DNA of 64,000 nt from positions 930,001 through 994,000 of the forward strand of contig VJWM01000107.1 of NCBI GenBank assembly GCA_010909165.1. Reading direction: 5' to 3'. The notes under the pieces were generated by a model that was not told the DNA's origin, did not search any database, and saw only the letters and a program-made list of their open reading frames with translations. This stretch comes from Anthoceros angustus (lineage: Eukaryota > Plantae > Anthocerotophyta). This document shows, piece by piece, positions 58,821 to 64,000 of this stretch (the stretch's first letter is position 1; every line of letters begins with the position of its first letter). The translations under genes were made by a program, and so were the position numbers.

Positions 58821-59429
58821 ATTCTCGTCTTACAAGCGTGCGATGTCGGTTGCAACTTTGTTGTCCACTCGCATTTTCTCATGGCTTCAACATCCGATCT
58901 GCATAATTGCCACACTACATCTCTTTCACATTTCACATGGATGCAACATTTCGCGGAAAGCCCGTAGAACATCAACAGGCGTCCCGGATAGCAACCAAAG
59001 AGCGAGAGAAGAGGGCGATGGAAGGCGAGATCGGTAGAATACCCAAAATTTAATGGCTCCGGTACTCCTTAGTGTATTCATGGATGCTAGTTCATATGGC
59101 TTCTCGCATCAAGAAATCACGTTACGAGTTCTGATGTCCAATTTTTGGTGGAAGTTGTTTGTGACTAAATGACACATGAAGAGGACATGTCTCTTGCACG
59201 AAGGTGGTGCATGTCTCTTGCTTGAAGGTGGTGCATCTCTCTTGAGGGTGTTGTGGAGTCTTGGTTGCGGCCGCTCCGCTTCTGCCGTTCCTAACTCTTG
59301 CTATGATTTATGTGAGAGCACGAAAGCAAGTGGTACGACTTGGGAACCGTGGCTTGTGTCTCTCTCGCCGCCTGGCTCCGTGAATTTGTCAATGGCACTA
59401 CAATGTGAATTTGTCAATGGCAGGAAGCC

Positions 59430-59790
59430 CGGCGAGGCGTATACAACGTGCAAGATCGCTTTGCAATGGACCTTGTATATGAGACTACGTTGTGAATTTG
59501 GTGTAAAGCGTCAGAGGCTGATCCGGCCTTGTCATACATTTTACAACATACAAGTGCGCTTTGCAAGCGGTGTGTTGTAAATTAGACTATGTTGTAAAAT
59601 TGTGGGAGGCCTATCTTGGCCTCTCTTAAACGCTTTACAATGTACAGTGAGGTTTGCAATGGATCGTGTTGTAAATTAGATTAGGTTATGCGTATGTTGT
59701 AAAACATGAGAGAGGCCCGATCTGGCCGTCTCAAACATTTTACAACGTACAATTGGGCTTTACAGCGGACCGTGTTGTAAAACACGGTCC
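59430..59790. repeat. Degenerate array of about 120-bp units rich in TTGTAAA/TTTACAA, with hairpins
   Basis: Repeated gtgttgtaaa and cattttacaac; perfect stem gaccgtgt-tgtaaa-acacggtc at about 59768-59789. Confidence 0.55.
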
Positions 59791-60679
59791 ATTTCAAACA
59801 ATTAATGCTTTGTCTTGAGGAGGAGGTGGCCGTCGGAGAAGGCGGGAGGAGGTGATCGGACGGTGTGTTTGGGTATACCTCTTCACTCCCACTTGTTGAT
59901 CATTTTGGAAAGTGATGCTCCAACAACCGGATCATCTCCGTCCTTGTAGGATGGAGTCGGGTGAAAGCTGCAGATGCATTGCGTTAATTCGCTGACTCCT
60001 CGCTTGGTATATATTCGAGCGTGCGGTGAGAAACCAGTCCTCACCGGGCGTTATATTCCTCTTCTTCATCTTCACGCCTGCAATTGGAGAAGGGGTTGTG
60101 GAGCGTAACACGGTCGAGATGTCGTCCTCCTCTAAGGATGCGAACCCCGCCCGGCAGAGACTCCCTAGGCGCTGCGGCAAGCAAGGCGGCTAGGACAACC
60201 TCCTCTGCTGCTCGCAGGGACCCGGACCGCTGCTGCGGGAAGCTCGAGCCGACCAAGCGGAGCGCCCTCCACAGCTGGCAGTCGAGGACTAGGCGCGAGG
60301 CCATAATCGCGGAGGACATGGGAGGTCCTCCATTGCGCGCTTAGCTTCCACAATTTCTCCCACGCGTGCCCCTCGCCCTGCGAGGGAGCTCGGGGCCTCG
60401 GCCACATGGGCACGAGGCTATGTCTGACGGAGGAGGTGAGGCCCTCACGGCCTCGAATTTCCCTCGAGGTAACCGATAAGGATGTGAAGATTGTGAGCCT
60501 AGGCAACGTATGTGCTCTCCTATCTCGTATCGATGCAAGCATCTTGTCGGTCATGAAGCGGATCAGTGCGTGGTTACACTGTTCACGGTCATGTTGTAAG
60601 CCGATGGTGACTGGTTTTGCTTCATCTCTGCTCCTACTCCCACTCGCTCTAAAGCTATCTAATTGCTTTGTGTCTTGAC

Positions 60680-61000
60680 TGCAGGATCTGTCTTGAGGAT
60701 TGAGGAGGATGCTGTTCCTCCTGAAGATTACATGTGCAGTGAGGACTCCGATGCTACGAAGGCCTCCAGCAGTCCCTCCGACTCAGAGAATCCAAAGGAA
60801 GAGTCCTCCGAGACTGACAGCCAGAATCTGAGCTGGGATTAGGTAGCAGGGCATGTAGGCTAGTTGGGGTTAGATAGGAAAGTTCCAGACTCTCCTAACC
60901 CCAGACCTCGAACATGCTTCTCGTGCAGCTCTTTTGAAAGAGCTTTCGTTAATATATCTGCAGGGTTTTCTTGTGTAGGCACATACTCCGGTTGCTTGAC
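60680..61000 (-). mobile_element. Second copia fragment (RNase H C-terminus and 3' region), same family as 51472-57720
   Basis: EYVPTQENPADILTKALSKELHEKHVRGLGLGES versus QYIPTQDNPADVLTKALGRELHEKHVKGLGLGES. Confidence 0.85.
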
Positions 61001-61797
61001 TAACCTTCGCTTCGTTTGGGATCGTGTTTGAGCTCGAAGTGAGATCAAGATTCGGAAGTGAGATGAGGAGTCAAAGTGTGAGCTCCTCTTCACTCGAGAA
61101 GGTCACCGGAGGATCCTTCAACCTTAGCGACTAAGGATCTAAATACTCCTATGTGTTTTTCGGTGGAATCACCTCAATCGCCATTACACTAATGACATTT
61201 TAAATCATAGTCCTTCAACCTCTTCCAGATCTGCGGTGACATTTCAACATTTCAACATGCCTCTACATTTCGGATGTTACGACTAACCATGCTGAAATCC
61301 CTCTGTAGATTGGTTTTTCAGCAATTCGCATACTATGTAGATTATCGCAAGTGAAGGCCTATCGAAACTCTATACCTATTGCGTCTATTAGAAATTAGCT
61401 CGGCGAGGCGCCATCTTGGCGCTCTGGATTGGCCATTTCATTAGGCGACTTTGTCTTGCTAATATGCAAGAACTCGCATATCATTGTATTACAAATCTTT
61501 ATATGTAGCACCAATCATTGTCCTAGTGTATCTCCATTGGAATTGAGGCGCAATCCAAAGGAAGTACACTAGGATTCCTAGATTCGCAGTTGCTATAAAA
61601 TTTTCAACCGGTATACTCCACGGCCTAGGTTGAACTCACTACTCCACCATGGAGTAGCGAGATTATACATGTCTGACCGGGCCCTTGATGAGTCGGCCAA
61701 TTTTACCCCTGCAGTCTACCTAACATGCATATATAGCCCTACATGCAATATCTAGAAAACGAATTCCCATGGTTCAAGGAAGTTGCCTTCCTCGGCC

Positions 61798-62055
61798 CTC
61801 GAAATAGGTTTCTATCTACATGCTACTTTCCCAAGGACCAAGGAACATCCTTCCGAAACCCAAGACCAAGGACTAGGTTTCTATCTACATACCATTTTCC
61901 CAAGGACCAAGGAACATCCTTCCGAACCCAAGACCAAGGACTCGAAATAGGCTTCTATCTACTTGCTACTTTCCCAAGGACCAAGGAACATCATTCAAAC
62001 CCAAGACCAAGGACTTGAGTCTTTCTTCCCAAACCCCAAAGACCAAGGACTTGAG
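61798..62055. repeat. About 70-bp minisatellite, about 3 copies
   Basis: ttctatctac...cccaaggaccaaggaacatc...cccaagaccaaggact is repeated. Confidence 0.9.
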
Positions 62056-62199
62056 TCCTACCTATTTGAATAGATAGGACTACGGACTCGGTAGCGGACT
62101 TGAGCGGCCACCGCTTCTCGGTGTGACCACACCAAGTAACGTCCTCCCATCACCACTTCCTAGGACTCCCCTCTTGTGCGTGGGAAACTAGGCGAGGTA

Positions 62200-63480
62200 A
62201 GAGGAGCTCTCGCTCACCGACATTCGGTGCAAGGAGTCCGGTGAGGTCCTCGGGTTAAACAACATGTTCAAGCCGACTTGTTGGATGAGAAGCTTGTTTC
62301 TTTGAATATGCAGTGGGTCATTGTGCTTCTCCTTCCAAGTCGAGCTCTCCAAAGCTGAGCACAGGAGGTGTGCGGATTGGATATGGGAGTCGTGACACTG
62401 TAACCATCGACGTTATGTGAGTAGGAAAGCTTCGAGGCCGTTGGAGCTCAGAAAATCTAGCGTGATAGACTATTCTATTCCTCACCATCTTATATGTCGT
62501 GCTAAAACTTTGTGCGAGATAAGAAGGACATGGTTGTGGGATGACGCGTTCATGATCTCACATCAAACTTGGGTGCAGTCAATCACATACTTGGGGAACC
62601 ATATCTTGCGGATGTATGTATCCGGAGGTAGGCTCTAGGGTGGGCAAACCAAATCCCTTCATGTGGTTTTCAATAATCTCCGCACATGCTACACATGGGG
62701 AGCCTAATGAGGCGATACAACTTTACTATGCGATGTGTCGCTCGTGTGGCGGATGCCCACATCTTTGTAGCAGCCCTTCAAGCTTGTGCATTTCTTTGTG
62801 GACACGGAATCTAGCGAGAAAAGTGCGGCATGATATGTTGCATGACATTCCACCGAACTTGTTTATTGCCAACTATCGGTGGACATGTCATAAGTGGTGT
62901 TGGAAGAGGCAAACACGGTTTTCGATAGGTTAGGCGAAAGGATGTCGTGACATGGACGATAGTTGGGTATGCAAATCATGGGCTTGGCCAAGAGGCGCTT
63001 GTATGGACAAATGGAGAAGGAGGGCACGATTGTGGGCAACCATGTTACCTTTGCTTGCCTTCCGAGGCTGTGCAAACGCAAGTGCCTTCTGAGCGGGCAT
63101 GCACTCACAGTTGTGGAGAGAGGGCTAGATAACACACTTGTGGGCACTTGCAGTGGACATGTAGGCAAAGTGTGGCGAAGTAGAAGATGCGCATCAAGTT
63201 TTTCAATGCTTGAGCCCAAAGGATGTGGTGACTTGGAATGCCACGATTCTTTGGGTATGGATGAAGGGCTTGGTCAAGAGGCGCTATTTTTGTATGGACG
63301 AATGCAGCAGGAGGGCCTGCTGTGGTGATGAGGTTACTTTTGCTTGCCTTTTGAAGGCATGTGCAAGCATTGGTGCCTTCAGGCGGTGGCGCACTCACTT
63401 GTGCAAAGAGGACATTTGGATAACGTGCTTGTGGGCGCTCGGTGGACTGTATGCCAAGATGCATGCCTCGTTTTGACAGC
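62200..63480 (+). pseudogene. Decayed third paralog of the PDF-PPR-DYW:KP genes (5' half only)
   Basis: Remnants of the PDF-like motif (gagctctcgctcaccgac...tccggtgaggtcct), YLGNHILRMYVSGGRL, FMWFSIISAHATHGEPNEAIQLY and further PLS units. Many frameshifts; no DYW seen before 63480. Confidence 0.85.
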
Positions 63481-63584
63481 TGGGAAAATTCTTACAAACA
63501 TTTTACAATGCTGGCACTATTTATAAATCGATAAATTTGTATAACATTTTACAATGTATTTGCAATGAACATGCCACATCAGCA

Positions 63585-64000
63585 ATTTCACTAATATATA
63601 GCCTCATAAATGACATAAATCAGAAAAGGTCTCTTCCACATATTTACGGCATTTTACAAGCATGCACATCGCAATCTTACTAATATATAACCTCATAAAT
63701 TACATAAATAAGGAAAAGGCATGCCACATCAATCTTACTAATATATAACCTCATAAATTACATAAATAAGGAAAAGGCATGCCACATCAATCTTACTAAT
63801 ATATAACCTCATAAATTACATAAATAAGGAAAAGGTCTCTTCCAAAATTTACAACGGCATTTGCGACAAGCATGCCACAATCTTACTAATATATAACCTC
63901 ATAAATTACATAAATAAGGATATATAATCTTACTAATATATAACCTCATAAATTACATAAATAAGGAAAAGGCATGCCACATCGCAATCTTACTAATATA
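63585..64000. repeat. AT-rich ~58-bp minisatellite running off the window end
   Basis: atcttactaatatataacctcataaattacataaataaggaaaaggcatgccacatca is repeated about 7 times. Confidence 0.92.

Overview
Nuclear DNA of a seed-free land plant. A hornwort-like origin is most consistent with the short introns, dense genes and PPR-DYW proteins ending GRP/GRS, but this is inference. The left third holds conserved spliced genes: a telomere repeat-binding TRFL/TRP protein (+), a 7-exon dehydroascorbate reductase (-) and SMG8 (-), plus relics of an old local duplication. From about 24 kb the window is a rapidly evolving cluster: two intact intronless PLS-PPR genes with DYW:KP (putative U-to-C editing) domains, each carrying an N-terminal OSB-type PDF-like motif; a decayed third copy; at least five RAD7-like LRR loci; two AT-rich islands carrying an orphan RING-H2 family; a decayed Ty1/copia element with an internal 2 kb tandem duplication; and many mini/microsatellites. 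Many small indels in the repeat-rich part may be assembly noise. No rRNA, tRNA or CRISPR features were recognised.
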